50,092 nt of DNA, taken from the NCBI GenBank assembly GCA_036263715.1, contig DATAGN010000056.1:1-50092 (forward strand). Reading direction: 5' to 3'. This DNA comes from Ramlibacter sp. GTDB lineage: Bacteria > Pseudomonadota > Gammaproteobacteria > Burkholderiales > Burkholderiaceae_C. How positions within the stretch are numbered: position 1 is the stretch's first letter; every line of letters starts with the position of its first letter. Of this stretch, positions 38,823 through 47,947 are shown one piece after another. The translations under genes were made by a program, and so were the position numbers. Under the pieces are notes generated by a model. That model was given only the letters and a program-made list of their open reading frames with translations. It ran no database searches and had not been told where the DNA came from.

Positions 38823-39011
38823 TCAACGCCCGCGCTCCCTGGCACGCTGGCGGCTGTCGCCGACCGGCCCGGCCGGATCCTGCATCACCTGCGCCACCAC
38901 TTGGCGCAGCCACACGTTGGCGGCGTCGGCGTGGTAACGCTCGTTTCAATGCAGTTTGACCTCGTAGCGCTCGATGCGCACCGGCAACGGCAGCGTCTGG
39001 ATCGGCTCGCG
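38823..39011 (-). pseudogene. C-terminal remnant of a LysR (NodD/NahR-type) regulator with an internal stop
   Basis: REPIQTLPLPVRIERYEVKLH*NERYHADAANVWLRQVVAQV; the TGA at 38946 sits where the conserved Trp of HW.ERYH.D is expected. Confidence 0.75.
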
Positions 39012-39012
39012 G

Positions 39013-39279
39013 CACGGGCGGCCCATGGCTCGTTTCGCCGGCCACCACGTGGTTGCCGACCTGCTGGGACTGCCGCTGCTGCCGCTGGCCTTGGCCGCCC
39101 GCCCCTGTGCCGCCAGCTGCCGGTCCCACCCCTGGGATACGAAGCGGACGATCAACGGCGAGCGGATCTACCCACCGCGCTCGGCCACGCGCGCCGACCT
39201 GCTGGCCGCCGCTGCGCCGGTGGTGCAGGCGGCGCCGGCGCGCGCTGCGCCGCGGCCGTCGGTGCTGGCCGAAGGCTGA
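39013..39279 (+). pseudogene. C-terminal remnant of an NAD(P)/FAD-dependent (NDH-2-like) oxidoreductase with an internal inversion of about 51 bp
   Basis: + strand HGRPMARFAGHHVVADLLGLPLLPL...TKRTINGERIYPP; the intervening motif SQGWDRQLAAQGRAAKA is on the - strand at about 39088-39138. Confidence 0.7.
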
Positions 39280-39290
39280 GGCCGGCCGGG

Positions 39291-40205
39291 TCAGCCGACC
39301 TTCAGGTGCGGATTGCGCTCGAACAGCGCGATCGTCCAGTCGATGAACACACGCACCTTGGCACTGAGGAAACGGTTGGGGCGGTACAGGACGTGCAGCG
39401 GCACGGTCTGCGTGACCCACTCCTGGAGCACGGGCACCAGCTGGCCCGACTCCAGCTCCGCCTGCAGCATGTAGCCAGGCGCCTGCAGGATGCCCAGCCC
39501 GGCGACACCAGCGGCCAGGTGCGCATTGGTGTCGTCCACCAGCAGCCGCGGCTGCGGCGCGATCTCCACCGATTCGCCATTGCGGTGGAAGCGAAAAGGG
39601 ATCGGCTTGCCGGTGCGCGTCGACAGCAGCCCGAGCAGGCGGTGGTGGCCCGGCAACTCCGTGACGGCCTGGGGCATGCCGAAGGCCTGCAGGTACTTCG
39701 GCGCAGCACAGGTGATCAGGCGGAAGCCGCCAACGCGCCGGGCGACCAGGAACTCCTCGACGGCGGGCCCGGCCCGCACGACGCAGTCGACGTTGTCCGC
39801 CACCAGGTCCGAATAGCGGTTGCCGATTCCGAACTCCAGTTCGATTTCCGGATACAGCTCATAGAAGTGGGGCAGGGCGGGGATCAGCACCTTGGTGGCG
39901 ACCGCGGTGGCGACATCGACGCGCAGCCGCCCGGAAGGGTTGGCCAGCGACTGCTTGGCGCTGGACTCGATATCCGACAGTTCCGACAGCAACCGCACGA
40001 CGCGTTCGTAGTAGGTCGCCCCTTCGGCGGTGACGGTCACCGAGCGGGTGGTGCGATCGAGCAGCCGCACCCGCAGGTCCTGCTCCAGTCCTTGGATCAG
40101 TCGACTCACCGTCGGTTTTGGCAGTTCCATCGTCTCGGCCGCTTTGGTGAAGCTGCCGGCCTCGACGACGCGCACGAACGCGCTCATGGCGGAAAACCTG
40201 TCCAT
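39291..40205 (-). CDS. LysR-family regulator (CrgA-like)
   Basis: MDRFSAMSAFVRVVEAGSFTKAA...LLDRTTRSV; KVRVFIDW; AGGAGG RBS before ATG 40205. Confidence 0.95.
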   Translation of the reverse strand: MDRFSAMSAFVRVVEAGSFTKAAETMELPKPTVSRLIQGLEQDLRVRLLDRTTRSVTVTAEGATYYERVVRLLSELSDIESSAKQSLANPSGRLRVDVATAVATKVLIPALPHFYELYPEIELEFGIGNRYSDLVADNVDCVVRAGPAVEEFLVARRVGGFRLITCAAPKYLQAFGMPQAVTELPGHHRLLGLLSTRTGKPIPFRFHRNGESVEIAPQPRLLVDDTNAHLAAGVAGLGILQAPGYMLQAELESGQLVPVLQEWVTQTVPLHVLYRPNRFLSAKVRVFIDWTIALFERNPHLKVG

Positions 40206-40381
40206 GCCTGCCCTCCTGGGGTGCGGGAACGCCATGATACGGACGCTGCAACGAAGGCGAAGCTCGCCCTGCGCGCGGCACCGCGCGTTTCGGGGCGCGC
40301 GGCAGCTTGGCCGACTGTTCGCACGCCGCGATCGAGCAGGGGCTTGTCATGCCGGCGCTGAGTGCATCGGCGTCACTGAAC

Positions 40382-40716
40382 CATCCCGTTGCGCAGCAGG
40401 TTCATGATCACCTGCTGGATTTGCACGCGGACTGCGCGTAGAGGCGGCAGGTTCTCGCCATACTGGCATTGCAGCTGAATGTGCTCCGTTTGCACCGCAG
40501 CGGTCGGATGGCGCGCGCGTGCGCCTGACGGTTCGCGATGCCGGCGTGGGGCTGGATCCGGACAGCCGAGCGCCTGTTCGAGGCGTTCTACACCACCAAG
40601 ACCGTGGCATGGGATCGGCCTGTCGGTTAGCCGCTCGATCATCCAGCGCCAACAGGAACAGATCTGGGCCCAGGCCACGAGGGACCCGGAGCCTCCTTTT
40701 CCGTCAGCATCCCGGT
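40382..40716. pseudogene. Scrambled histidine kinase HATPase remnant (N-box part inverted, remainder frameshifted)
   Basis: - strand 40382-40498 LPPLRAVRVQIQQVIMNLLRNGM; + strand 40507-40716 across frames VRLTVRDAGVG / ERLFEAFYTTK / IGLSVSRSIIQ / GPGASFSVSIP. Confidence 0.8.
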
Positions 40717-40724
40717 GTCCCCGA

Positions 40725-41186
40725 CTAGGCGGGTTGGCGGTGGTGGGCAAGCGCGCGCTGCACCGCATGGTCGACCGAGGCGCGTCCGGCGCCGGTGAGC
40801 AGCAGCGACACCGAGATGATCAGCAGCGACAGGCCGAACTCGTAGCCGTTGTCGGCCGTGATCAAGCCGTCTTTGAAGCGCATGGCGACGATGGCCGCCG
40901 CCATCACGATGGTGAGCACGGCACACGCCGGGCGCACCATGAGGCCCAGGATCAGGGCCAGCCCGCCCAAGAACTCGGCGCTTGCGGCGAGCACTGCAGC
41001 AGGGTAGCCGGGCAGCAGGCCTGCCTTTTCCATCCATTGGCCGGCGCCATCCAGGCCATGCCCGCCAAACCAGCCGAACAGCTCTTGGGCGCCGTGCGCG
41101 GCAAAGATGGTGCCGGCGACGGTGCGCAGCACCACCGGGGCCCAGCCGTGCGTGCGCACGATTCGGTGCAGGATGGATCTGGACAC
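40725..41186 (-). CDS. DoxX-family membrane protein (start uncertain, GTG 41186 or 41195)
   Basis: LR...GTIFAAHGAQELFGWFGGHGL...AEFLGG...NGYEF...GAGRASVD. Confidence 0.88.
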   Translation of the reverse strand: MSRSILHRIVRTHGWAPVVLRTVAGTIFAAHGAQELFGWFGGHGLDGAGQWMEKAGLLPGYPAAVLAASAEFLGGLALILGLMVRPACAVLTIVMAAAIVAMRFKDGLITADNGYEFGLSLLIISVSLLLTGAGRASVDHAVQRALAHHRQPA

Positions 41187-41229
41187 GTGAGTCACTGCAT
41201 GCAGTTGTGGGCGAGCGCACGGCCGGTTC

Positions 41230-42921
41230 TCAGCCGAATGTGAAGGCATAGGCTTCGGCGCCTTCGTCCAGGAACTCGATTTCGAACAGGCGCTCCTTGA
41301 CCGGGCCGCGCTGGCGCACCAGCTGGTGCAGCTTGTGGCTGCGGATCACGCCTTCGCCCTGTGCGTTGGTGTCGGTGCCGTGGTCGGCGCCCGGCGGCAT
41401 GCCGTCCAGGAGCACGCGAAAGCGCACCGGGCGAGCCGCGTCTGCGGCGCCCAGCACCATGTGCAGGTCGCGCGCATGGAAGCGGTGCACGATGCGGGCC
41501 TGCGGTCGCGTGGCCACCCCGCGCTCGCTTTCGATGCGCCACTCGCCGGACAGTGTCCAGGCGCCGTTGCGCACCGGGGCTGCGGGCGTGTAGACGGCGC
41601 TGAGGTCCTTCTGCAGCCGCGAGGCGGAGTCGAATCCCCTGGCCTGGGCGTAGCCGATGTAGCTCTCGCCGGAGCGCAGCGTGGCCAGGTTCGGCGGCGC
41701 CTGCGTCCCCTCGGCGGTCGGTCTTACGGGGAGACCGGGTGCGGGCGCATGGCCGGCGTCGGCCAGCAGCTGCTGCAGCAGGCGCTCGGAACGGTCGTAG
41801 GCGTGTTCGCCGGCCACCTCGTGGCGCACGCGGCCGCGCGCGTCGATGAAGAAGAAGCCGGGCCAGGCGGCGTTGTGCAAGCTGCGCCAGATGCGGTATT
41901 CGTTGTCCATCGCAACCGGGTAGGTGATGCCCAGCTCCGCCACAGCCCGCATGACGTTGGGTGCGTGCTTCTCGAACGCGAACTCAGGGGTGTGCACGCC
42001 GACCACGACCAAGCCATCGGCCTTGTACTTCTCGGCCCAGGCCTTGACGTGGGGCAGTGCGCGCAGGCAGTTGATGCACGAGTAGGTCCAGAAGTTCACC
42101 AGCACCACCTTGCCGCGCAGCGCGGCGGCGTCCAGCGGCTGCGTGTTGATCCAGGCGGAGGCGCCGCGCAGCGCGTCCAGCGCTCCGGGATGCGGCTCGG
42201 ACGCCTTGGCGAACTGGACGCGCTCGATCAGGCTCTGCTCCAGGCGGGTACTGGCGGGCAGGGAGATGCGCGCCAGCACCGTGGCGTCCAGGCCCAGCGC
42301 CGGCACGGCGACTGCCGCGAGCACGGCGAGGCCGGCTGCGCGGCGCAGGTGGCCGGCAGCGGGCATGGATCGGCGCAGCGCCGCACCCAGCCCGTGGCCG
42401 AACCACCAGGCGGCGCCCAGCCCGCTGGCGGCGCCGGCCGCATAGGCGAACAGCAGGATAGCCGTGCCAACGTTCGGGCCATGCAGCACCCCTGTGGCGA
42501 GCAGCACGCCCAGGATGGGGCCGGCACAGGGGGTCCACAGCAGGGCGGTGCCCAGCCCAAGGGCCCAGGGCGCCAGCGGCGATGCGTTGCTGCCATCGGC
42601 CATTCGCGCACCCAGCCTCACCAGCGGCCGCGACAGCGCCTCGGCCAGCCGTGGCACCAGCAGGGTGGTACCGAACAGCGCCAGCAGCGCCAGCGCGGCA
42701 TACCGAGCCGCCACGTGCAGCGTCACCGCCCAGGCGGCGCCCACCGCCGTGAGCATGGCGATGGCGGCAAAGCCCAAGGCCATGCTGGTCAGCATCGGCA
42801 AGGTGTGGCTGCGAAAGGACCGACCCGGCGCGAACAGGAAGGGCAGTACCGGCAGGATGCACGGGCTGGCGATGGTGAGCAAGCCGCCCAAGAACGCGAT
42901 CAGGGCGAACACGATGGTCAT
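41230..42921 (-). CDS. dipZ: DipZ-type protein (CcdA-like membrane domain + thioredoxin domain + C-terminal domain)
   Basis: SPCILPVLP, WTPCAGPILG, NFWTYSCINC, GVHTPEFAFE, terminal AYAFTFG. Confidence 0.92.
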   Translation of the reverse strand: MTIVFALIAFLGGLLTIASPCILPVLPFLFAPGRSFRSHTLPMLTSMALGFAAIAMLTAVGAAWAVTLHVAARYAALALLALFGTTLLVPRLAEALSRPLVRLGARMADGSNASPLAPWALGLGTALLWTPCAGPILGVLLATGVLHGPNVGTAILLFAYAAGAASGLGAAWWFGHGLGAALRRSMPAAGHLRRAAGLAVLAAVAVPALGLDATVLARISLPASTRLEQSLIERVQFAKASEPHPGALDALRGASAWINTQPLDAAALRGKVVLVNFWTYSCINCLRALPHVKAWAEKYKADGLVVVGVHTPEFAFEKHAPNVMRAVAELGITYPVAMDNEYRIWRSLHNAAWPGFFFIDARGRVRHEVAGEHAYDRSERLLQQLLADAGHAPAPGLPVRPTAEGTQAPPNLATLRSGESYIGYAQARGFDSASRLQKDLSAVYTPAAPVRNGAWTLSGEWRIESERGVATRPQARIVHRFHARDLHMVLGAADAARPVRFRVLLDGMPPGADHGTDTNAQGEGVIRSHKLHQLVRQRGPVKERLFEIEFLDEGAEAYAFTFG

Positions 42922-43187
42922 GTGGAGCTCCTCGACGCATGTGCGGCTTGCACCTGCAGCAGCTGGTCGAGCCGAAGGCGCTGCTGCCCACTGGTGACCA
43001 GGTATTCGGCACCGGCTTGGCTGTACACGTCCTGGATCGTGGTGGTGAGTTCCTGCGGCAGGCCGTGCGCGTCGCGATACAGGATCCGCACGGATGCGCG
43101 GGCCGTGGCGAAGGACTCCAGAACGTCATGGAAGTCGCAGCTGATGGGTTCGTAGGCGGAGGGCATGGAAGTTGGGTGTGAGGGCAT
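42918..43187 (-). CDS. rof: Rho-binding antiterminator Rof/YaeO-like protein (alternative start 43166)
   Basis: YEPISCDFHDVLE...GAEYL...LRLDQL matches the Rof pattern YQPINCD..D.LE...EYL...LRLD; TGATG and ATGA overlaps on both sides. Confidence 0.8.
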   Translation of the reverse strand: MPSHPTSMPSAYEPISCDFHDVLESFATARASVRILYRDAHGLPQELTTTIQDVYSQAGAEYLVTSGQQRLRLDQLLQVQAAHASRSST

Positions 43188-43768
43188 CAAGGGCGAAGCT
43201 GCAGGGTCAGGCGTCGCAGTGCGGGATCGGAGGCGCGGCCGGACGTGAAGCCCAGGGCCTGCGCCAGCGCCAGCATTCCGGCATTGGTGGCCTGGGTGAG
43301 GCCCACCAGCCGGTGCACACCTTGCTGCCGGGCCGTGTAGACGAGCGTGCCCAGAAGCCTCGTGCCAAGGCCGCGCCGCTGCCAGGCATCCGCCAGCACG
43401 ATGGCAAACTCCGCTTCCGGTGCGCCGTCGTGCACGTAGCGCGCCACCCCAACGATCTGCTCGTCCGGCGTGCTGCCCACCACCGCCACCAGCGCCTCTT
43501 CGCGGTCGAAATCGATGGCGCTCCAGCGCCGCAATTCATCGTCGTCGGGCAGTCGACCGGAGAACAGGCGCTTGTACCCGGTGGCCGGGGACAGTCCGTG
43601 CACGAAGGCGCGTAGTGCGGCGAAATCCGCCGGCGCGATCCGCCGCAGCCGCGGCAGGGCGTCGGCAGCAGGGGCTGCAGGCTCGGTGCACTCGCTGCGT
43701 GCCACTGCGCCAGCAGGGCGGGCAGCCGGCGGAGCTCGCCGCGTGCGGGCAAAGTCGATGACCTTCAC
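43187..43768 (-). CDS. GNAT acetyltransferase (stand-alone Pat/acyl-CoA synthetase-type GNAT domain)
   Basis: LSPATGYKRLF, IDFDREEALVA, VGVARY, AEFAIVLADAWQRRGLG, NAGMLALA..LGF. Confidence 0.9.
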   Translation of the reverse strand: MKVIDFARTRRAPPAARPAGAVARSECTEPAAPAADALPRLRRIAPADFAALRAFVHGLSPATGYKRLFSGRLPDDDELRRWSAIDFDREEALVAVVGSTPDEQIVGVARYVHDGAPEAEFAIVLADAWQRRGLGTRLLGTLVYTARQQGVHRLVGLTQATNAGMLALAQALGFTSGRASDPALRRLTLQLRP

Positions 43769-44457
43769 GGCGGCACTCCGCGCCCGCTCCCGGGATCGGT
43801 CAGGCTTTCGCGCACCGCGTGCAGGACTTCGGCCGAGAACTCGTCATCGGGGATGGCGCGGGAGAGCATCAGCGCGCCGACCATGCCCGCCAGGGTGGCG
43901 GCGGCGCGGCGGCGCTGCAGGCGCTCGTCGGCCGCCGGCCCGAGCGCGGCGAGCTGCGCGAACAACAGCCGCGCCACCGCACCCATTGCTCCCTTGACTG
44001 CGGCGCGTTCGTGCGCGGCATCGCCGGCCAACGCGGCCAGCGGGCAGCCGCTGCCTGGGTCATCGCGGTGTTCCAGCGAAAGGTAGGCGTCCAGCCAGCC
44101 GGCCAGCGGCTGCGCGGGGTGCTGCGCGATGATGGCTTGCCAGTGCGCGAGGGCGTGCTCCGCGGCGCTGGCCACCGCCAGCACCTTGAGCTCGTCCTTC
44201 GACGAGAAGTGCTGGTAGAAGTCGCCCGGGCGCAGGCCTGCCTCCCGCACCAGGTCGGCCATGCCGGCGCCGGCGAAACCATGCAGGCGAAACAGGCGGG
44301 CCGCGGCTGCCAGGATGCGCGCGTGATCTTGCGCGGCACGCTCGCTTTGTGGACGCCCGCCGGTGATCGGCCGTTTGCGGCCCTGCGGGTGCGATGTCCA
44401 TCGCGGCGGTGCGAGGCCGTCGCGCCGGCCGTTGCGTCCAGCGGCGCAATCACGCAT
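43765..44457 (-). CDS. TetR-family regulator (N-terminal extension uncertain)
   Basis: ILAAAARLFRLHGF...EAGL...FYQHFSSKDEL; YLSLEHRDDPGSGCPL. Confidence 0.88.
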   Translation of the reverse strand: MRDCAAGRNGRRDGLAPPRWTSHPQGRKRPITGGRPQSERAAQDHARILAAAARLFRLHGFAGAGMADLVREAGLRPGDFYQHFSSKDELKVLAVASAAEHALAHWQAIIAQHPAQPLAGWLDAYLSLEHRDDPGSGCPLAALAGDAAHERAAVKGAMGAVARLLFAQLAALGPAADERLQRRRAAATLAGMVGALMLSRAIPDDEFSAEVLHAVRESLTDPGSGRGVPP

Positions 44458-45265
44458 GCGTGCTCGCGCGGGCGTAGCGCAGCGCCGGCGTGCTGCGCGA
44501 AAGCTGCGGGGTCAGGACCTCGCGCGCCGCTTCGAAGCGCTCCCACTCGGCCACGTCGGGCAGCGAGGGGATCGTCACCAGTTCGCCTTGGTCCAGTCCG
44601 GCCAGCGCGGCGTCCACCATGTCTTCGGCGCCCATGACCATCTCCGGGGGCAGCGCGCTGACCGGAACGCCCGAGACGTCCCAGAAATCGGTGCGGGTGG
44701 CGCCGGGCAGGACCGCCTGCACGCGCAGGCCCTTGGCGCCTAACTCGTGCTGCAGCGCCTGCGACAGGCTCAGGACGTAAGCCTTGGTGGCGGTGTACAC
44801 CGGGTTGAGGATGCGCGGGGCGACCGCCACGATGGAGGCGATGTTGATGATCGTGCCACCGCCGCGCGCCACAAAAGCCGGTGCCGCGGCGCGTGTCAGG
44901 CGGGTGAGGGCGAGCGCATTGAGCTGCAGCATGGCCTCCAGCCGGTCGGCCTCGGACTCGGCGAAGGAGGCGCCGGTGCTGAAGCCTGCATTGTTCACCA
45001 GCATGCGCACGGAACTGTCCCCGGCGAGCCGCTGCTCCAGGGCTGCCAGGTCCTGCTTGTCGGTGAGGTCGGCGGTGACCACCTCGATGCGCCGGCCGGT
45101 CTGCTTGACCAGCGACCGTGCCAGCTCGGCCAGCCGCTCGGTGTTACGCGCCACCAGCAGCAGGTCATGGCCACGGCGGGCCAGGCGATCCGCGTAGATT
45201 GCACCGATGCCGCCGGAGGCACCAGTGATCAGGGCAGCGCCTGCATGGGATCTGGGAGAGGTCAT
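44450..45265 (-). CDS. Short-chain dehydrogenase/reductase
   Basis: ITGASGGIG, LVNNAG, INIAS, YTATK. Confidence 0.93.
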   Translation of the reverse strand: MTSPRSHAGAALITGASGGIGAIYADRLARRGHDLLLVARNTERLAELARSLVKQTGRRIEVVTADLTDKQDLAALEQRLAGDSSVRMLVNNAGFSTGASFAESEADRLEAMLQLNALALTRLTRAAAPAFVARGGGTIINIASIVAVAPRILNPVYTATKAYVLSLSQALQHELGAKGLRVQAVLPGATRTDFWDVSGVPVSALPPEMVMGAEDMVDAALAGLDQGELVTIPSLPDVAEWERFEAAREVLTPQLSRSTPALRYARASTHA

Positions 45266-45610
45266 GGCATTCGTCCGTGGAGGTGGTGAGGCAGCGCAGC
45301 TGGCGGGGACCGCGCCTGGCGTCGGGCCACGCCCTGGCGCTGGCGCGATCGGGTGGGTCAACGATGCAGGGGAATCGGGCGCGCCGGCTCCGTCTTTGGT
45401 GGGACGCCCCGCCCCCTCCGTCGGCAGGCCCGGCCGCGCTTGCACCATACCGGCCGGAACCGCGCGGATTGTTGGTCCAGGGGCAACGCACTGTTGCGGC
45501 CACGCCGGCTGACGGGCAGCCCGAAAGCTGCGCCAATGGACGTGGGCGCACTGGGCGCCGATTGGCGGGCGGCACCGGCCGCATGCCCCCTTTTTTTTCT
45601 GGAAGTCCGA

Positions 45611-45751
45611 ATGCGAAAACTCTGGTTGGCCCTGCTGTTCCTGTGCGGGCACGTCGCGCACGAATGGCGCAACCCGCTGCAGTGCCACACCGTCAGCGTG
45701 GCGTCCCGCGCCGAGGCGAAGCGGCGCCGGCCCCGAACCTCCCCTCCTTGA
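45611..45751 (+). CDS. Possible 46-aa small protein MRKLWLALLFLCGHVAHEWRNPLQC...
   Basis: Signal-like N-terminus; stop 10 nt before the MaoC start; weak RBS. Confidence 0.35.
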   Translation: MRKLWLALLFLCGHVAHEWRNPLQCHTVSVASRAEAKRRRPRTSPP

Positions 45752-45761
45752 ACGAGAGATC

Positions 45762-46214
45762 ATGACCAAGCAACTGCTTTACTTCGACGACCTGCACGTG
45801 GGCCAGACCTTCACCAGCGGCACGTTGCCGGTGAGCGAAGACGACATCCGGCGTTTTGCCGGCGAGTTCGATCCGCAGCCCTTCCACCTGGACCACGAGG
45901 CGGCCAAGCAGACCCTCTTCGGCGGCCTGGCCGCGAGCGGCTGGCACACCGCGGCGCTCACCATGCGGTTGCTGGTCTCCGGCGGCCTGCCACTGGCCAA
46001 CGGCATCATCGGCGCGGGCGGCGAGATCGAGTGGAAAGCTCCCACCCGACCGGGCGACGTGCTGCGCGTGGACAGCGAGGTCCTGGAACTGGTGGCGTCG
46101 CGCTCGCGACCCGACCGCGGCGTGGCGGTGCTGCGCAACAAGACGGTGACGCAACGCGGCGAGGTCGTGCAGGTGCTCACCGCCAAGCTGATGGTGGCGC
46201 GACGACCGGCGTGA
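45762..46214 (+). CDS. MaoC-family dehydratase (paralog of 7719-8216)
   Basis: LYFDDL, FDPQPFHLD, GLAASGWHTAALTMRLLV, RPGD. Confidence 0.92.
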   Translation: MTKQLLYFDDLHVGQTFTSGTLPVSEDDIRRFAGEFDPQPFHLDHEAAKQTLFGGLAASGWHTAALTMRLLVSGGLPLANGIIGAGGEIEWKAPTRPGDVLRVDSEVLELVASRSRPDRGVAVLRNKTVTQRGEVVQVLTAKLMVARRPA

Positions 46215-46360
46215 GGCGAGCGTGCCGCGTGCCGCGAAGCTGTCGCGCAAAGCGGCGCCGGCACCTCGAGAAGCAGGAGCGGTGGTCCTGCGGCGAATGT
46301 TCTCGCTGCGGCAGCGCCCCCGCGGCGCAGCGCAGCTGCGGCATCGATGAAGGAACTGGT

Positions 46361-47053
46361 ATGACCCACAAAGGCCAGATCGCGGCGCAGGACCTGCGCA
46401 GGCGGCTGCAAGCACCGGATTTCGATGCGCAGGTGCGCAGGCATCCACCCCCGGGCGTGACCCTGCGCACGCGCGAGGAGCTGGAGCACTCCTTCGAGGA
46501 GATCCTGGCCGGGCTCCTGCCAGGCGAAGACCTGCACGTGTTCGGCTATGGCTCGCTGATGTGGAACCCGGGCCTTGAGCACATCGGCAGCGCCAGGGCC
46601 GCGCTGTTTGGCTGGCATCGGCGCTTTTGCATCCACAGCCTGGTCGGGCGCGGAGCCCCTGAAGCGCCGGGCCTCATGCTGGCACTGGACCGCGGCGGCT
46701 CCTGCTCCGGCATGGTCTTTCGCATCCAGGCGTCCAAGGTCCGGGCCGAACTGGCGATCCTCTGGAGGCGCGAGATGACCTGGGGCTCGTATCAGGCACG
46801 CTGGGTGAGCGCCCGGATCGGCAGCACGCCAGTACGTGCGGTGACCTTCGTCGTCGACCGCAGCCAGCCGCGCTACCTGCAGCAGCTGGGGCTGCCGGAG
46901 ACGGCACGCCTGATCGCCACCGGCTGCGGCCAGCTGGGCACCTGCCGCGCCTACTTCGACGCGACTCTGGGGCAACTGCGCGCGCTGGGCATCGCGGACG
47001 GGTACATGGAGCGGCTGGACGCAGCGCTGCGGAGCCAGCCCAGGTGTCAATGA
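46361..47053 (+). CDS. chaC: ChaC-family gamma-glutamylcyclotransferase
   Basis: VFGYGSLMWNP, GWHRRFC, PGLMLALDRGGSC, LWRREM; AAGGA RBS before ATG 46361. Confidence 0.9.
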   Translation: MTHKGQIAAQDLRRRLQAPDFDAQVRRHPPPGVTLRTREELEHSFEEILAGLLPGEDLHVFGYGSLMWNPGLEHIGSARAALFGWHRRFCIHSLVGRGAPEAPGLMLALDRGGSCSGMVFRIQASKVRAELAILWRREMTWGSYQARWVSARIGSTPVRAVTFVVDRSQPRYLQQLGLPETARLIATGCGQLGTCRAYFDATLGQLRALGIADGYMERLDAALRSQPRCQ

Positions 47054-47306
47054 GAGCCAGGTGCGGCTCTCGGCGGAACACCACTTTCCGCCCGGTCGAT
47101 GCGTGACCAGCAGCAGCTCGCGCTCCCTGGCCCTGCGCCCGCTTTCCACGATGGCGTCGACGATTCCGCAGCGGCAACGCCGCCGGCAAGGTCCGCCGTC
47201 TGGGCGAAAGCTGGTGCTTCATTCGGGCCGCCGGCTGGTTCATCTCGGCCCCTTTAGGAGCGTCGCCGTTCGCGCATACCGCTACGCGGCGCACGCGCCC
47301 CAGGGG

Positions 47307-47324
47307 CTGCGACCAAGGTCGCAG
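47307..47324. promoter_or_regulatory. Palindromic operator CTGCGACC-AA-GGTCGCAG
   Basis: 8-bp inverted arms around the ACCAAGGT core; intergenic, upstream of the lipoprotein gene. Confidence 0.65.
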
Positions 47325-47479
47325 GGCGGCAGGTTCCTATGGCGTGGAGGGGACATGGACGGCGACTCGGGCCGTGCTGCGCTCACAAAGTGGAAGCGAC
47401 GGCTAGAACTCCCGGCAGAGGCGCGAGCGGCGGCGCTGCTGCACGATCGACCCGTCAACAACTCCTGCGCACCATCGAC

Positions 47480-47947
47480 ATGCAACTCTCCTCACGCCTC
47501 CTGCCGGCAACGCTGGCCACCCTCCTCGCTGCGCTCGCGAGCGTCGGCTGCGCCAGCCCTGGCGGCCTGCTGGGACCCGCGGTGGCGCCGACCACGCAGG
47601 TGGCCACGGCCGAGCGCGGTGTCATCGCTGCCATCGAGATCGTCGATCAGCCTGTTGCGGCAGCCGGTGGCGGCGCGGTGGCCGGCGGCCTGATCGGCGG
47701 CGTCCTCGGCAACCAGGTGGGTAATGGCAGCGGCCGAACCGTGGCAACCATCGCCGGCGCCGTCGGCGGCGCCTTGCTGGGTCACAAGCTGGAGGAGCGG
47801 CAGCGCGCAGCCACCAGCACCCGCAGCTACCAGGTGCGCGTGCGCTTCGACAGCGGGGCCACGCAGACCTTCCACCTGGCCCATGCCGAAGGGTGGAGGG
47901 TGGGTGATCGCGTGCGCAGCATCCAGGGCACGCTGACGCGCGATTGA
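47480..47947 (+). CDS. Glycine-zipper 2TM outer-membrane lipoprotein (SlyB-like)
   Basis: SVGC lipobox; GAVAGGLIGGVLGNQVGNGSGRTVATIAGAVGGALLG; YQVRVRFDSG...VGDRV. Confidence 0.9.
   Translation: MQLSSRLLPATLATLLAALASVGCASPGGLLGPAVAPTTQVATAERGVIAAIEIVDQPVAAAGGGAVAGGLIGGVLGNQVGNGSGRTVATIAGAVGGALLGHKLEERQRAATSTRSYQVRVRFDSGATQTFHLAHAEGWRVGDRVRSIQGTLTRD

Noticed and set aside
39889-39896. Exact ACCTTGGT core inside the LysR coding sequence
   Set aside because: Explained by the codons Thr-Lys-Val; within chance expectation
44340-44402. Possible frameshift at the TetR N-terminus (out-of-frame ATG near 44401)
   Set aside because: An in-frame ATG at 44457 overlaps the SDR stop and gives an uninterrupted ORF; cannot be resolved without homolog alignment
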